Of a DNA stretch of 64,000 nt, positions 1 to 10,093 are shown piece by piece. Below the pieces are notes generated by a model. It saw only the letters and a list, made by a program, of their open reading frames with translations. It made no database searches and was not told the origin of the DNA. Within the stretch, counting starts at the first letter, position 1; every line of letters starts with the position of its first letter. This stretch comes from Gemmatimonadaceae bacterium (lineage in GTDB: Bacteria > Gemmatimonadota > Gemmatimonadetes > Gemmatimonadales > Gemmatimonadaceae), in the NCBI GenBank assembly GCA_035575795.1, contig DATLXE010000559.1:3497-67496 (forward strand). Reading direction: 5' to 3'. A program made the translations under genes and the position numbers.

Positions 1-235
1 TCCCAAACGCTTGACCAACGGTCGCGATCGACGGCACGAATGCGCGGCCCGTCTTGATCCGGTTGCGCAGGACGACATGTCCCTCGAGAACCATGAACAC
101 GCCGTCGGCGCGGGCACCCCGCTGATAGATCTGGAATCCCGCGGGCCATGTTGCTTTCGCGCTGTACGGAATGATGGGCGCGATCTCCTGCGCCGAGAGC
201 CTGCTGCTGTGAGTTTGCGCTGGTTCGCCTTGCAT
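1..235 (-). CDS. cyclic nucleotide-binding (Crp/Fnr-type cNMP) domain protein, truncated by window edge
   Basis: Manual translation from ATG 235: MQGEPAQ...WPAGFQIYQRGARADGVFMVLEGHVVL...GQAFG matches the cNMP beta-roll pattern (IYxxGxxAxxxYxVxxG...GxxFG). Not in ORF track because it runs off the window. Confidence 0.75.
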   Translation of the reverse strand, partial: MQGEPAQTHSSRLSAQEIAPIIPYSAKATWPAGFQIYQRGARADGVFMVLEGHVVLRNRIKTGRAFVPSIATVGQAFG

Positions 236-312
236 CGCGCACCCAATCTCGCAATGTCCAGGCCGACCCTTTTTCTGTGGGTAACTTCTATACGCTGCGT
301 AGCATTACGACC

Positions 313-924
313 TCAGCCGTCGAGGTCTTCCAGCGCCGACCGCATCGCGTCCCGCAGCCGTGCTTCGCCCTCCACTCCCGGGGCAACGCCGCCCGCCAGA
401 CTGTTGAACCTGGCCGTCATCTCCGCCGCGACGAATTTTTCCGTCTCGCGCACGCCGAGCGATTCGAGCGATCGCTCCGCCAGCCGTCGCAGCAGAGCGA
501 TGGTTTCCGGCTCGAGTGCTTCCAGCGATGAAATCACAGGCGGGTTTACGCCGTCGGCGCGCCCATTCCGCCGTCGCGGCGCGGCAAACAGAGCCGAGAC
601 CGGTGCCGGCCGCACCACGAACGATCCCGGGTTGTGCTCCCGCCACTCCGCCACGACTCCCCTCCGCCTGAGCGCCGCCAGCAGACTGAGAATTCCTTCC
701 CGTACCGGAGAGACGCCGCCGGGACTGTTGTTCCCGCGGCCGGTAATGAGGAGAACTTCCTTTGAACCCTGCACCTGCTTCTCTCTCAACCACGCTTCAG
801 CTCGAAAGCGCGCATCGGCAGCGGTGGGAAGTGATTCGCGCAGATTGAGTATCTGCGCCGCGCCGAACGCCGCTTCGTCGAGCGCCTTCCATACCGCTTC
901 GAGTGGCGCTTTACCTGATCGCAT
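313..924 (-). CDS. stand-alone Smr-domain protein
   Basis: VLLITGRGNNS and NPGSFVV Smr motifs. Start set at ATG 924, overlapping the upstream stop; the ORF-track extension to 1254 lies inside the upstream gene. Confidence 0.75.
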   Translation of the reverse strand: MRSGKAPLEAVWKALDEAAFGAAQILNLRESLPTAADARFRAEAWLREKQVQGSKEVLLITGRGNNSPGGVSPVREGILSLLAALRRRGVVAEWREHNPGSFVVRPAPVSALFAAPRRRNGRADGVNPPVISSLEALEPETIALLRRLAERSLESLGVRETEKFVAAEMTARFNSLAGGVAPGVEGEARLRDAMRSALEDLDG

Positions 925-2533
925 TGCGCAGCACACGTCCATCCAGCCGTTCGGCGGGAACGACGCGCAGGATCGCGGCGAGCGTTGGCGCCATGTCCAC
1001 GACAGCCGCAAATTCGGTGTTGCGTCCGGCGCGGAACGGACGACCATAGAATAGAATCGGCACTCTCGCGTCATGATCATTGGGGCTTCCGTGCTGCGCG
1101 TAGGATCCCGGCCCCCACATGTTGTATGGGGCAAGTGAAACCACGAGCGACGCGACCGTCTCGTCCGCGAACACGTGCAGCCAGCGCCGCGCAACTGCAT
1201 CGTTGACTGTGTCGCGCGCCGCCAGCTCGCTGATGCGGTCCGCCCGCGCCACACCTGGAATCCTCAGCAGGCTGGTGCGCACGGCTTCGATCACGGAGTC
1301 CGGCTTGAGACCCGCCGCGGTCACCGCGCGACGGTCGAGCGTGAGGACTCCTGGGTCGAATGAAAAGCCCGCGCCCCTCATAACTCCGCTCGCGATGCGG
1401 AACGGTTGCCCGGGAATGCCAGCGGCGGAGAGTGATGCGCTCAGCTGCTCGAATGCCGGACGGACATCCACGCGCCTCGCGCCGGTGTTCGCGTCGTAGC
1501 CGCGCACTTCCGGGAAGGGTGTCAGTCCGTGATCTGCCGTCAGCGCGAACACCACGTCGCGCGCGCGCCTCATCCTGAACAGCGAATCCATGAACGCGCC
1601 GATAAAGCGGTCGAGGCGCAGCACCTGGTCGTGCACTTCACGCGAGTCGGGCCCGTACTGGTGGCCAATCGCGTCCGTCGCCGAGAGGGAGATCGCGAGC
1701 ACATCGGTCTGTGGGCCGGTGCCAAGTTTCATCGCGCGCACGCCGGCGAGCGCCAGCTGAAGAGTCGCTTCATCCATCCATGGGAACCCGGGAAGTGCGC
1801 GCGCCGCCAGGTCAGCGGTCTGGGGCATGTAGTGCGGGAACGTATATGCCCGGCCCTCACTCTCGATCGGAACGCTGTCAGGCTCGGCATACGCTGACGC
1901 GGGGAGCAGCGTCGTCCACGCCCTGCCCGCGTGACTCTGCGGAATCCGCCGTGCGTTGAACGCGCGAACCCACGACGGCAGCGCCGCGCCGTAGTAGTTG
2001 CTCGTCGTGAAATTGCCGTTCGACGAATACCAGAAAACTGCCTGCTTCGATTTTCCGATCGGCAGAATTGCGCCGCGGTCCTTGCGTGATACGGAAAGCG
2101 CGCGCGTGCGGCTGTCCTTCGCAATCAGCCAGTCAGTCAGCGTCGTTCCAATAAACCGGAATGGTGATGCGGCGAGACCCTCGGCTTCGATCAGCCTTGC
2201 AGCCGTATCACCGACGCCATGAATGTTGGACGTGATGCCGTTGTTCACCGGATACCGTCCCGACATCGTGGCGGAGTGCCCAGGCGCGGTCTCAGTCGCG
2301 GCGTGATCCTGATATCCGTTGGAGAAGTACGCTCCACCGCGGTAGAGACGGCCGAGCCCGCCAGTGAGCTGTCTCTCAAAACGGTGGAAGTAATCCGGCC
2401 GCAGCGCATCAACAGTGATGAAGACGACGAGCGTCGGCGTGCGTCCCCCTGATCCGGCGCGGGTTTGCGCGGCGAGCGGTAGCACCGCGGTGAACAGTGC
2501 CAGCAGTGTCGCGCATCGCAGTCGGAGAATCAC
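911..2533 (-). CDS. secreted alkaline phosphatase family protein (PafA / type I phosphodiesterase-like)
   Basis: Signal peptide; VFITVDALR, TETAPGH (Thr nucleophile), DAIGHQYGP, TADHG and QHGS metal ligands. Confidence 0.85.
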   Translation of the reverse strand: MILRLRCATLLALFTAVLPLAAQTRAGSGGRTPTLVVFITVDALRPDYFHRFERQLTGGLGRLYRGGAYFSNGYQDHAATETAPGHSATMSGRYPVNNGITSNIHGVGDTAARLIEAEGLAASPFRFIGTTLTDWLIAKDSRTRALSVSRKDRGAILPIGKSKQAVFWYSSNGNFTTSNYYGAALPSWVRAFNARRIPQSHAGRAWTTLLPASAYAEPDSVPIESEGRAYTFPHYMPQTADLAARALPGFPWMDEATLQLALAGVRAMKLGTGPQTDVLAISLSATDAIGHQYGPDSREVHDQVLRLDRFIGAFMDSLFRMRRARDVVFALTADHGLTPFPEVRGYDANTGARRVDVRPAFEQLSASLSAAGIPGQPFRIASGVMRGAGFSFDPGVLTLDRRAVTAAGLKPDSVIEAVRTSLLRIPGVARADRISELAARDTVNDAVARRWLHVFADETVASLVVSLAPYNMWGPGSYAQHGSPNDHDARVPILFYGRPFRAGRNTEFAAVVDMAPTLAAILRVVPAERLDGRVLRNAIR

Positions 2534-2557
2534 CAGGCTCGTCTCAGGTGTCGGAGT

Positions 2558-3043
2558 TCATTTGCACTGCGCTGGCGCGCCAGGCACGAGGCCGAATGCC
2601 GTCGTTACGGCGATGCGCCAACCTTCCCTCGTCTTCACGAAAATCCGCTCCGACACTCCGCTCGAGGTGGTGTCGTTCTGCGTAACCGTGTAGCAGTAGG
2701 TGCCGTACACGACGCCCGGAGCGATGGGGAGCACTTTCAGGTCGCGCGCGACGAGCGTGTCGGGCCAGGTTGAATCGCGCCGTGCACTCCAGTTTTCGAA
2801 GCCGAGGAGCATTCCCCCCGGTCCGTTCCTGCCGAGGGCGGGTGTCTGCAGATACGTAGCGAGGTATCGGGGGCGGTCGCGTTTGTGAATTGCGGCGATG
2901 TTCTCCTCGAACAGGCGCATGGCGGCGACGCTGTCCGCCCCTGCACTTCCCGCCACTGAGTACGATTGCGGCGACGTCGCGCACGCGCCGACCAGTGCCG
3001 ACAGTGCTATCGCCCACGTGAGATGCGTGCCGTGCCTGCTCAT
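2558..3043 (-). CDS. NTF2-like (DUF4440-type) lipoprotein
   Basis: Lipobox LVGAC; C-terminal RIFVKTREGWRI typical of NTF2-fold proteins. Confidence 0.55.
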   Translation of the reverse strand: MSRHGTHLTWAIALSALVGACATSPQSYSVAGSAGADSVAAMRLFEENIAAIHKRDRPRYLATYLQTPALGRNGPGGMLLGFENWSARRDSTWPDTLVARDLKVLPIAPGVVYGTYCYTVTQNDTTSSGVSERIFVKTREGWRIAVTTAFGLVPGAPAQCK

Positions 3044-3098
3044 GATGCCGATATCTTAACCGCGCGCGCGGGAAACGGCGACACTCGACCCACCGCGC

Positions 3099-4316
3099 TC
3101 AGGTAACGAGCGCCTTCTCGAGAATGGATAAGCCGCGCGCCAGCTCATTCCTGCTCATAACCAGCGGAGGCAGTAACCGAATGGTGTGCTCGCCCGCGGT
3201 GAGCGTGAGCAACCCCAGGTCCCATCCGCGGCGAACGATCTCACCCGCGGGCTCGACGACATCCATCCCCCACATGTAGCCAACTCCACGCACCGCCCTG
3301 ACGCGTCCCGTTCGCTGCGCAATGGCTTCAAGCTCACGCTGCATCCATTCGCCGTTGCTGCGCACCGCGGCAAGCAGGTCCTTGTCGGCGAGACGTCGTA
3401 CCACGTACGCAGCGACCGTCGCCACCAGTGGACCGCCCCCGAACGTGGTACCGTGATCCCCGGACTGCATCGACTCTGCAATACGTGCGGATAACAGCAC
3501 CGCTCCCATCGGAAGTCCGCCTGCAAGCGGCTTGGCGAGCGTCACCATGTCGGGGACGATGCCGGCTCTCTCGTAGGCGAAGAGGTGTCCCGTTCTCCCC
3601 AGTCCGCATTGAATCTCGTCGAGGATGAGCGCGATCTCCCGCTGTTCAGTCAGCTCGCGCAGGCCCCGCAGGAACTCTTTTTCGACGACGCGAACTCCGC
3701 CCTCTCCCTGCACCGGCTCGACGATCACGGCGGCCACTGTCTCTTCATCCAGCACAGCCGCGAGCTCCGTGAGATCACGCTCGCAAATCGAAACGCCTCC
3801 CGCGAGCGGGTGGAAAGGAGCACGGTACGAAGGACGGTCGGTTGCGGCGAGCGATGCGAAAAGACGGCCATGAAACCCGCCGCGCAAGGCGACGATACCC
3901 GTCTTTGCTGGATTGATGCTGCGCGCCCAGCGCCGCGCGAACTTGAACGCGCCTTCGTTCGCTTCCGCGCCCGAGTTGCAGAAAAAGACTTTTGAGGCGA
4001 ACGAAAGCTCGACCAGCAGCGCGGCAAGCTCCTCGCCGGGCGCCGTTCGATAGAGGTTCGAGGTATGAATGAGACCAGTCGCGAGCGCATCCTTTATCGC
4101 TGCCTCTATTCCGACATCACCGTGTCCGAGGGCGTTGACGGCGATACCGCTGGCAAGGTCGAGGTAGCGCTTGCCTGCACTATCGATCAGCTCGACGCCC
4201 TCACCGCGCACGAACTCAATCGGCGCCCTCTTGTACGTGCCGAGAATTGCGGAATCGGCGGCGGACGGCTCGGCGGAAACCAGGGCCTCAGAAAGTGGGA
4301 CGGCGATCGTCGTCAT
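3099..4316 (-). CDS. argD: acetylornithine aminotransferase
   Basis: NSGAEANE, FHGR, EPVQGEGG, DEIQCGLGRTG, AKPLAGG (PLP Lys), HGTTFGG; in arg operon. Confidence 0.93.
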   Translation of the reverse strand: MTTIAVPLSEALVSAEPSAADSAILGTYKRAPIEFVRGEGVELIDSAGKRYLDLASGIAVNALGHGDVGIEAAIKDALATGLIHTSNLYRTAPGEELAALLVELSFASKVFFCNSGAEANEGAFKFARRWARSINPAKTGIVALRGGFHGRLFASLAATDRPSYRAPFHPLAGGVSICERDLTELAAVLDEETVAAVIVEPVQGEGGVRVVEKEFLRGLRELTEQREIALILDEIQCGLGRTGHLFAYERAGIVPDMVTLAKPLAGGLPMGAVLLSARIAESMQSGDHGTTFGGGPLVATVAAYVVRRLADKDLLAAVRSNGEWMQRELEAIAQRTGRVRAVRGVGYMWGMDVVEPAGEIVRRGWDLGLLTLTAGEHTIRLLPPLVMSRNELARGLSILEKALVT

Positions 4317-5080
4317 GATGTGACGCCCACAGACTGGGTAATGAGGGTTCCCCGCTCCGGATCGCCGAGACCCGTCATGTCGCAGATGCGCACGCGCTCG
4401 ACTCCGCCGGCAAGCGCACGCTCGGCGGCCTGAAGCTTGGCAATCATCCCTCCGGCTGCTGTCCCACTCGAGATGAGATCCCGCGCCCGTTCCGCATCGA
4501 GCGTCGTAATCGGCATTCCATCATCGTCATGTACGCCCTCGACATCCGAGATGAAAAGCAACTCCTGCGCGTTCAGCACGCTTGCAATCGCCGCCGCGGC
4601 GTCATCGCCGTTTACGTTGAGCGCGCCGCCGTCGACAGTCGAGACATCGAAAGCAACGGGCGAGATGACGGGCATCATACCGGCCCGCAGCAGCATCTTA
4701 AGCATCGGCGCATTGATGTCGATCGGCTCGCCGACGTGACCGAGCGCGTCCATGTCGATCGGCTCGGCGCCGATGAGACGGTTGTCCTCTCCCGAAAGAC
4801 CGAGTGCCGGAGCTCCGGCGTTGATGAACGCGTTGACGAGCCGCTTGTTCACGCTCCCCGAGAGGATCATGCGGAGGAGCTCGACATCGTTCCCGGTCGT
4901 GACCCGCCTGCCGTCGACGAATTGCGTCTCCCTTCCCAGTGCGCGCTGCATCGCCGAGACCTCGTCACCGCCGCCGTGCACGACGCAGAGCTTGCCGGGA
5001 CTCGCGTCCCATGCTTCGGCGACCGCGGCCGCCAGCCTGGGCGATGACTGCGCCCTGCCACCCAGCTTCAGGACGCGCAT
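4313..5080 (-). CDS. argB: acetylglutamate kinase
   Basis: KLGG, VHGGG, RVT, NVNGD, GGMIAK; ATGA overlap with argD. Confidence 0.93.
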   Translation of the reverse strand: MRVLKLGGRAQSSPRLAAAVAEAWDASPGKLCVVHGGGDEVSAMQRALGRETQFVDGRRVTTGNDVELLRMILSGSVNKRLVNAFINAGAPALGLSGEDNRLIGAEPIDMDALGHVGEPIDINAPMLKMLLRAGMMPVISPVAFDVSTVDGGALNVNGDDAAAAIASVLNAQELLFISDVEGVHDDDGMPITTLDAERARDLISSGTAAGGMIAKLQAAERALAGGVERVRICDMTGLGDPERGTLITQSVGVTS

Positions 5081-6045
5081 CAGAGCGGAAGTCCGGTGCG
5101 CTCTTCGATTCCGAGCAGCACGTTGGCGTTCTGTATCGCCTGCCCGGCGGCGCCCTTGATGAGGTTGTCGATCGCTGCGATCACGATCACCGTCGGCTGG
5201 CGCAGATTCGCCGCCATGGTGGCGCTGATGCGGACGACGTTCCGGCGCACCACATCGCGGAGCGTTGGCGGCGTGTCGCTGATCTCGATGAACGGTTCGT
5301 TGCCGTAATGCTTCCGCCAGACAGACGCTGGATCGGCGAGAGGGCGCGTCACGGGGATCGTGATGGTTGCGAGAATTCCGCGCGCAACGGGGAGGAGGTG
5401 CGGCGTGAAGAGAATGTCGTTGTCGCCGCCGAGTTTCCGCACCGTGTCCTGCATCTCCGGGAGGTGGCGGTGCGCGTTGCCCACCGCGTACGCGCGGAAA
5501 TCCTCAGCGAGCTCGGCGAACATGAGCTCATGCCGCGCGCCGTAACCGGCCCCGGTGACACCGCTGGCGGCGGAGATGTTGATCACACTACCAGGGAGAA
5601 CGACTCCTTCCTTGAGGAGGGGCGCGATGCCCAGGAGGATGGCGGTCGCATAACAGCCGGGGTTGGCGATAATCTCGGAGCCGGGGATCTCGGCACGCGC
5701 GAGCTCGGTCAGGCCGTAGGGCGCGTGCTTGCCGGTAGCGTTCGTTCCGGGTCGGAAGTCCGCCGAGAGGTCGACGACCCTAGCTCCGGCCCCGCGCGCG
5801 TTGGCGACCCAGGCTGCGGATGCTCCATGCGGGAGCGCCGAGAACACGACTTCGGCACTGCCAAGCGGCGCGTCTTCCGGGGCGACGAAGGTGACATCTT
5901 CCCCGGCGAACCGCGCGCGGTGCCCGCGCTGTTCGTTGGCGGATGCGAAGACGAGGTCGAGGCCGGGGTGTGCCGCGGCCAGCGCGCACAACTCCCTGCC
6001 CGCGTAGCCACTGGCCCCTAACACTCCCACCGGGATTTTATGCAT
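5080..6045 (-). CDS. argC: N-acetyl-gamma-glutamyl-phosphate reductase
   Basis: GASGYAG, ALPHG, DLSADFR, NPGCY, SGVTGAG, DNLIKGAAGQA. Confidence 0.96.
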   Translation of the reverse strand: MHKIPVGVLGASGYAGRELCALAAAHPGLDLVFASANEQRGHRARFAGEDVTFVAPEDAPLGSAEVVFSALPHGASAAWVANARGAGARVVDLSADFRPGTNATGKHAPYGLTELARAEIPGSEIIANPGCYATAILLGIAPLLKEGVVLPGSVINISAASGVTGAGYGARHELMFAELAEDFRAYAVGNAHRHLPEMQDTVRKLGGDNDILFTPHLLPVARGILATITIPVTRPLADPASVWRKHYGNEPFIEISDTPPTLRDVVRRNVVRISATMAANLRQPTVIVIAAIDNLIKGAAGQAIQNANVLLGIEERTGLPL

Positions 6046-6080
6046 AATGTATGCATAACATTACACGAGCTCCGCGTCAA
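6029..6080. promoter_or_regulatory. tandem ARG boxes and promoter for argCBD / argR
   Basis: 14-bp cores CGGGA-TTTT-ATGCA (6031-6044) and TGCAT-AACA-TTACA (6052-6065) are 21 bp apart, the 18+3 ARG-box geometry. Minus-strand TTGACG (6080-6075) lies 17 bp before TATGCA. Confidence 0.7.
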
Positions 6081-6130
6081 CGATCCCTGCCCCTCGCGTA
6101 ACCGTCCGGGCAGTGGTAGACTGTGGTCAA

Positions 6131-6592
6131 ATGGCCAACAAGCGTGAGCGACACGACACGATTCTGGAGATCATCGACGCGCGCGTAGTCAGCAGCCAGG
6201 AAGATCTGCGCAAACTACTGCTCCAGCGCGGCTGGGACGTCACTCAGGCAACGCTCTCGAGGGACCTGCGTGAGCTCAGGCTGGCCCGCGTCCCCACCCC
6301 GGAAGGTGCGCGCTACGCCATTACGGACGGCAATATCGAGGAAAGCCGGGCCGCGCTGGACACGCTGCTGCCCCAGCTCTACCTGAGGGTGGACGGAGTA
6401 AGCGAGATGATCGTCCTCCGGACCGTGCCTGGCGGCGCCCAACCCATTGCCGCTGCCCTCGACGGTGAGGGCTGGTCCGACATTCTGGGCACTGTCGGGG
6501 GCGACGACACGATACTCATAATCTGCCGCTCGGTGGCCGCCCGTGACCGGGTGTTGCGGCGACTCCGTTCAATGGCCGGCGAGCCCGGATAG
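6131..6592 (+). CDS. argR: arginine repressor
   Basis: SQEDL, TQATLSRDL (wHTH), GTVGGDDT (Arg-binding). ATG at 6131. Confidence 0.96.
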   Translation: MANKRERHDTILEIIDARVVSSQEDLRKLLLQRGWDVTQATLSRDLRELRLARVPTPEGARYAITDGNIEESRAALDTLLPQLYLRVDGVSEMIVLRTVPGGAQPIAAALDGEGWSDILGTVGGDDTILIICRSVAARDRVLRRLRSMAGEPG

Positions 6593-6607
6593 AGCCCGAT
6601 CACACTA

Positions 6608-6663
6608 TTGACGAGGGGCGACACACCGGTTAAATATACAGTATCAATGAATATTTATCCGAG
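6608..6663 (+). promoter_or_regulatory. argGH promoter with tandem ARG boxes
   Basis: TTGACG (6608-6613), N17, TAAATA. 18-bp boxes 6625-6642 (acCGGTTAAATATACAgt) and 6646-6663 (aaTGAATATTTATCCGag) are separated by 3 bp. Confidence 0.75.
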
Positions 6664-6669
6664 GCTCCT

Positions 6670-7935
6670 TTGATCAGAAAAATTGCCCTCGCCTACTCCG
6701 GCGGGCTCGACACTTCCATTATCGTTCCCTGGCTTAAAGAGCGGTACGACGCAAAGATCATTTGCGTCGCCGCCGACATCGGCCAGGGCGATGAGCTCGA
6801 GGGCGTACGCGCCAAGGCGATCGCCTCCGGCGCCGATGAGTGCTACGTCGAGGACCTACGCAAGGAGTTCGTCGAGGACTTCGTCTGGCCCACGCTCCGC
6901 GCCGGCGCCATCTACGGCCGCAAGTATCTGCTCGGCACCTCGATGGGGCGCCCGCTCATCGCCCGCCGGCAGGTCGAAGTTGCGCGCCAGGTCGGTGCCG
7001 ACGCGCTCGCCCATGGCTGCACCGGCAAGGGCAACGACCAGGTCCGGTTCGAGCTCACGTACGCCGCCTTCGCTCCCGACCTCCCCGTGATCGCGCCGTG
7101 GCGTGAGTGGGATATCCGTAGCCGCGAGGACGCCATCGCCTACGCGGAATCACGCAAGATTCCCATTACCGCCACGCGCGACAAGATCTACTCGCGTGAC
7201 AGGAACGTCTGGCACATCTCGCACGAGGGCGGAGTGCTCGAGAACCCCGCCGCATCCCCACCCGACGACCTGTTCATGATGACGACGTCCCCTGAGAACG
7301 CCCCCAACGAGGCGGAAGAAGTGACGATCGGCTTCGAGGCGGGCACTCCGGTCTCGGTGAATGGCAGGCGCCTTGGCGCCGTCGAGATCGTTTCCGAGCT
7401 CAATGCCATCGCCGGGCGCCACGGGGTCGGCCGCATCGATCTCGTCGAGGACCGACTCGTCGGGATGAAGTCGCGCGGCGTCTACGAGACCCCGGGCGGT
7501 ACGCTCCTCTATTCCGCGCACAGCGAGCTCGAGCAGCTCGTGCTCGACCGGCGCACGCTCGCGGCAAAGGATCTCATCGCCCCGCGTTATGCGGATCTCG
7601 TCTATGAAGGCCGCTGGTGGACGACCGAGCGCGAATCGTACGATGCGTTTGTGAACGTTACCCAGGAGCGCGTCACGGGCTCGATAGCGCTCCGCCTGTA
7701 CAAGGGCAATGCGGCGATCGCCTCGCGCGAGAGCGAGTATGCGCTGTACGACGAGCGGTTCGTCACTTTCGGCGAAGACGATGTCTATCAGCAGAGCGAC
7801 GCTGCCGGCTTCATCAGGCTCTACGGGTTGTCGAACCGCGTGCGCGCGCTTCGCGACCGCGAGCTCGCCGCCGCCCGCGCGGATGTTGCCGAGTCGCCGG
7901 CGGACAGGAAGCGTCCGACGCTGGCAATCGCGTAG
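6670..7935 (+). CDS. argG: argininosuccinate synthase
   Basis: [36 protein letters not shown]. Confidence 0.97.
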   Translation: MIRKIALAYSGGLDTSIIVPWLKERYDAKIICVAADIGQGDELEGVRAKAIASGADECYVEDLRKEFVEDFVWPTLRAGAIYGRKYLLGTSMGRPLIARRQVEVARQVGADALAHGCTGKGNDQVRFELTYAAFAPDLPVIAPWREWDIRSREDAIAYAESRKIPITATRDKIYSRDRNVWHISHEGGVLENPAASPPDDLFMMTTSPENAPNEAEEVTIGFEAGTPVSVNGRRLGAVEIVSELNAIAGRHGVGRIDLVEDRLVGMKSRGVYETPGGTLLYSAHSELEQLVLDRRTLAAKDLIAPRYADLVYEGRWWTTERESYDAFVNVTQERVTGSIALRLYKGNAAIASRESEYALYDERFVTFGEDDVYQQSDAAGFIRLYGLSNRVRALRDRELAAARADVAESPADRKRPTLAIA

Positions 7936-7947
7936 CGCGGTCGGCTG

Positions 7948-9378
7948 ATGTCCGACCACACTTCGCACAAGCTCTGGGGCGGCCGGTTTTCGATTCCGAC
8001 CGCGGCGGCGCTCGAAGCGCTCAACCGCTCGATCGGCACCGATTATCGCCTGTGGCCGTTTGATGTCCGGTTGTCGCAAGCGTGGGCGGTCGCGCTTTGG
8101 GGCGCGGGAGTGCTCACGCTCGAGGAGAGCAAGAAGGTCGAGCGTGGCCTCGCGCGGGTGGGCGAGCGGCTCGGCAAAGGAGTCGATCCGCTTCCCTCCG
8201 ACGAGGACGTACACACTCTCATCGACCGCCTGCTGCACGAAGAAGTAGGCGACGTCGCATCCAAGCTGCACACGGGCCGGAGCCGGAACGACCAGGTTGC
8301 GACTGCAACCCGGCTATGGTCGATGGAAGCCTGCACGCGTCTGGACACGTCGGCCCGGGCGCTTCAGCAGGTGATGCTCGACCACGCCAGCAGCCTGCAG
8401 GAAACGCTGATGCCCGCGTACACGCACCTGCAGCGCGCGCAGCCGGTTGCGGCGGCGCACTGGATGCTCTCCCACTTCTGGCCGCTCGAGCGCGACCGCG
8501 CGCGCATTGCCGCCGCGTCTCGCTCGGCGGGCGTCCTTCCGCTGGGCTCCGGCGCCGTCGCCGGGTGCGCGTTCCCTGTCTCTCGTGTGCTGCTTCAGGG
8601 CAGCCTCGGCTTCAGCACCGTGTCGCAGAACAGCATCGATGCCGTCGGCGACCGGGATTTTGTCGCTGAGCTGCTGTTCGCGGTGGCGATGATGGCAACG
8701 CACCTGTCGCGGCTCGCCGAAGATCTCATCATTTACGGCTCGAGTGAATTCGGCTTCGTTCAGTTCGGCGAGGCATTTACGACTGGGTCGAGCATGATGC
8801 CTCAGAAGCGAAATCCGGACGCACTGGAGCTCGCACGCGGATCCGGCGCGCGCGCAATCGGTGACCTGACGACGCTGCTGGCGACGCTCAAGGGATTGCC
8901 GAGCGGTTATAACAAGGATCTGCAGGACGACAAGCGGGCACTCTTCGATGCCGTTGATACCATGCTGCTGGTTCTGCCGGCAGTCGCCGGTGCGCTGGCC
9001 GAGATCCGGTTCAACGCCGACAGGATGCGGGCGGCGCTCTCGAGCACCATGATGGCGACGGATCTCGCCGACTACCTGGTTGAAAAGGGCGCGAGCTTTC
9101 GCGAAGCCCACGGCGCGGTCGGCGGCCTGATCCGCGAGGGCGAGAGCACTGGCCGCGAGCTCGGGGCGCTCCCCTTCTCTTCATTCGCCAAAGCGCACAA
9201 TCTCTTTGCCGAAGATGTCTACGACTGGCTCGTGCCCCAGAAATCAACTTCGCGACGCAACGTTCCGGGCGGAACGGGGCCGTCCGCGGTTTCAGCGCAG
9301 CTGGGAACTGCCCGGGCAGCGCTGAGTACGGTCATTGACGCAGCGCGAGGTAACGAGCTGGTACTCCGGGCAGTCTAG
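7948..9378 (+). CDS. argH: argininosuccinate lyase
   Basis: LWGGRF, HTGRSRNDQ, YTHLQRAQP, GSSMMPQKRNPD. Confidence 0.97.
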   Translation: MSDHTSHKLWGGRFSIPTAAALEALNRSIGTDYRLWPFDVRLSQAWAVALWGAGVLTLEESKKVERGLARVGERLGKGVDPLPSDEDVHTLIDRLLHEEVGDVASKLHTGRSRNDQVATATRLWSMEACTRLDTSARALQQVMLDHASSLQETLMPAYTHLQRAQPVAAAHWMLSHFWPLERDRARIAAASRSAGVLPLGSGAVAGCAFPVSRVLLQGSLGFSTVSQNSIDAVGDRDFVAELLFAVAMMATHLSRLAEDLIIYGSSEFGFVQFGEAFTTGSSMMPQKRNPDALELARGSGARAIGDLTTLLATLKGLPSGYNKDLQDDKRALFDAVDTMLLVLPAVAGALAEIRFNADRMRAALSSTMMATDLADYLVEKGASFREAHGAVGGLIREGESTGRELGALPFSSFAKAHNLFAEDVYDWLVPQKSTSRRNVPGGTGPSAVSAQLGTARAALSTVIDAARGNELVLRAV

Positions 9379-9426
9379 TTAGGTAGTAAACTACTTCGGC
9401 GTTCGTTGCGTTACTCGGGCGTCATC

Positions 9427-9981
9427 CTAGAACACAAGCCCAAAGGTAATCGGGACGAAGTTCAGGCGCCCACCGTCCGCCTTGCTTCGGCTGATCGAGT
9501 GGTACCGTGATTCGATGAAGGCGCTGAACCGGCTGAGGCCGAACGTCGTTCCCAGGCCAGCGTTGAAGCCGAAGTGGTTCTTCGAATTCTCGTCCGGCAG
9601 GTCAGGCTTTACCCCGTACAGCCCGCCGCCGGTGATGATGTACGGCTTGGCCCGGGATCCAGGGAAGGTAATAATCAAATTAGCTATCCCTGCCGTGATC
9701 TTGCCGTCCGCGCCCTCGAACACACCGAAACCGGGGCCCTTGTTACGACCGCCGAAGTTGTTGAACATGGCGTCGAATCTCAATCCGATGGGCAGAGTTT
9801 CGAGCCCCACGGCCAGTGATCCCGTGAAGGTGGAGCCGGTCCCATGGCTATCGCTGAAGCGGTTCACCGGAATCGCTGGACCGCCAGACACGGCAACCAT
9901 GTAGGTTTTCTGCGCAAGGGCAGGGACGGCGTAACCCGACACGCCGATGAGCATCGCAACACCGAGCATCCTGAGCCGCAT
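9427..9981 (-). CDS. outer-membrane beta-barrel protein (OmpA-like, 8-stranded type)
   Basis: Signal peptide (ALA-Q), amphipathic beta strands, PYIITGGGLY, C-terminal Phe (FGLVF); GGAG SD upstream. Confidence 0.75.
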   Translation of the reverse strand: MRLRMLGVAMLIGVSGYAVPALAQKTYMVAVSGGPAIPVNRFSDSHGTGSTFTGSLAVGLETLPIGLRFDAMFNNFGGRNKGPGFGVFEGADGKITAGIANLIITFPGSRAKPYIITGGGLYGVKPDLPDENSKNHFGFNAGLGTTFGLSRFSAFIESRYHSISRSKADGGRLNFVPITFGLVF

Positions 9982-10093
9982 TAACTCTTCTCCATAGACT
10001 GTTTAACCAGAATACACACAATACACGGGTGGGTGGTTTATAACGAGTCCCCCCGAGTGCACATTTAATTATCCTTTTTTAATAGGAACATTA

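Noticed and set aside
3099-6045. LysW-dependent lysine/arginine pathway (lysZ, lysY, lysJ)
   Set aside because: No lysW or lysX nearby; ArgR boxes and argGH linkage support ordinary argCBD.
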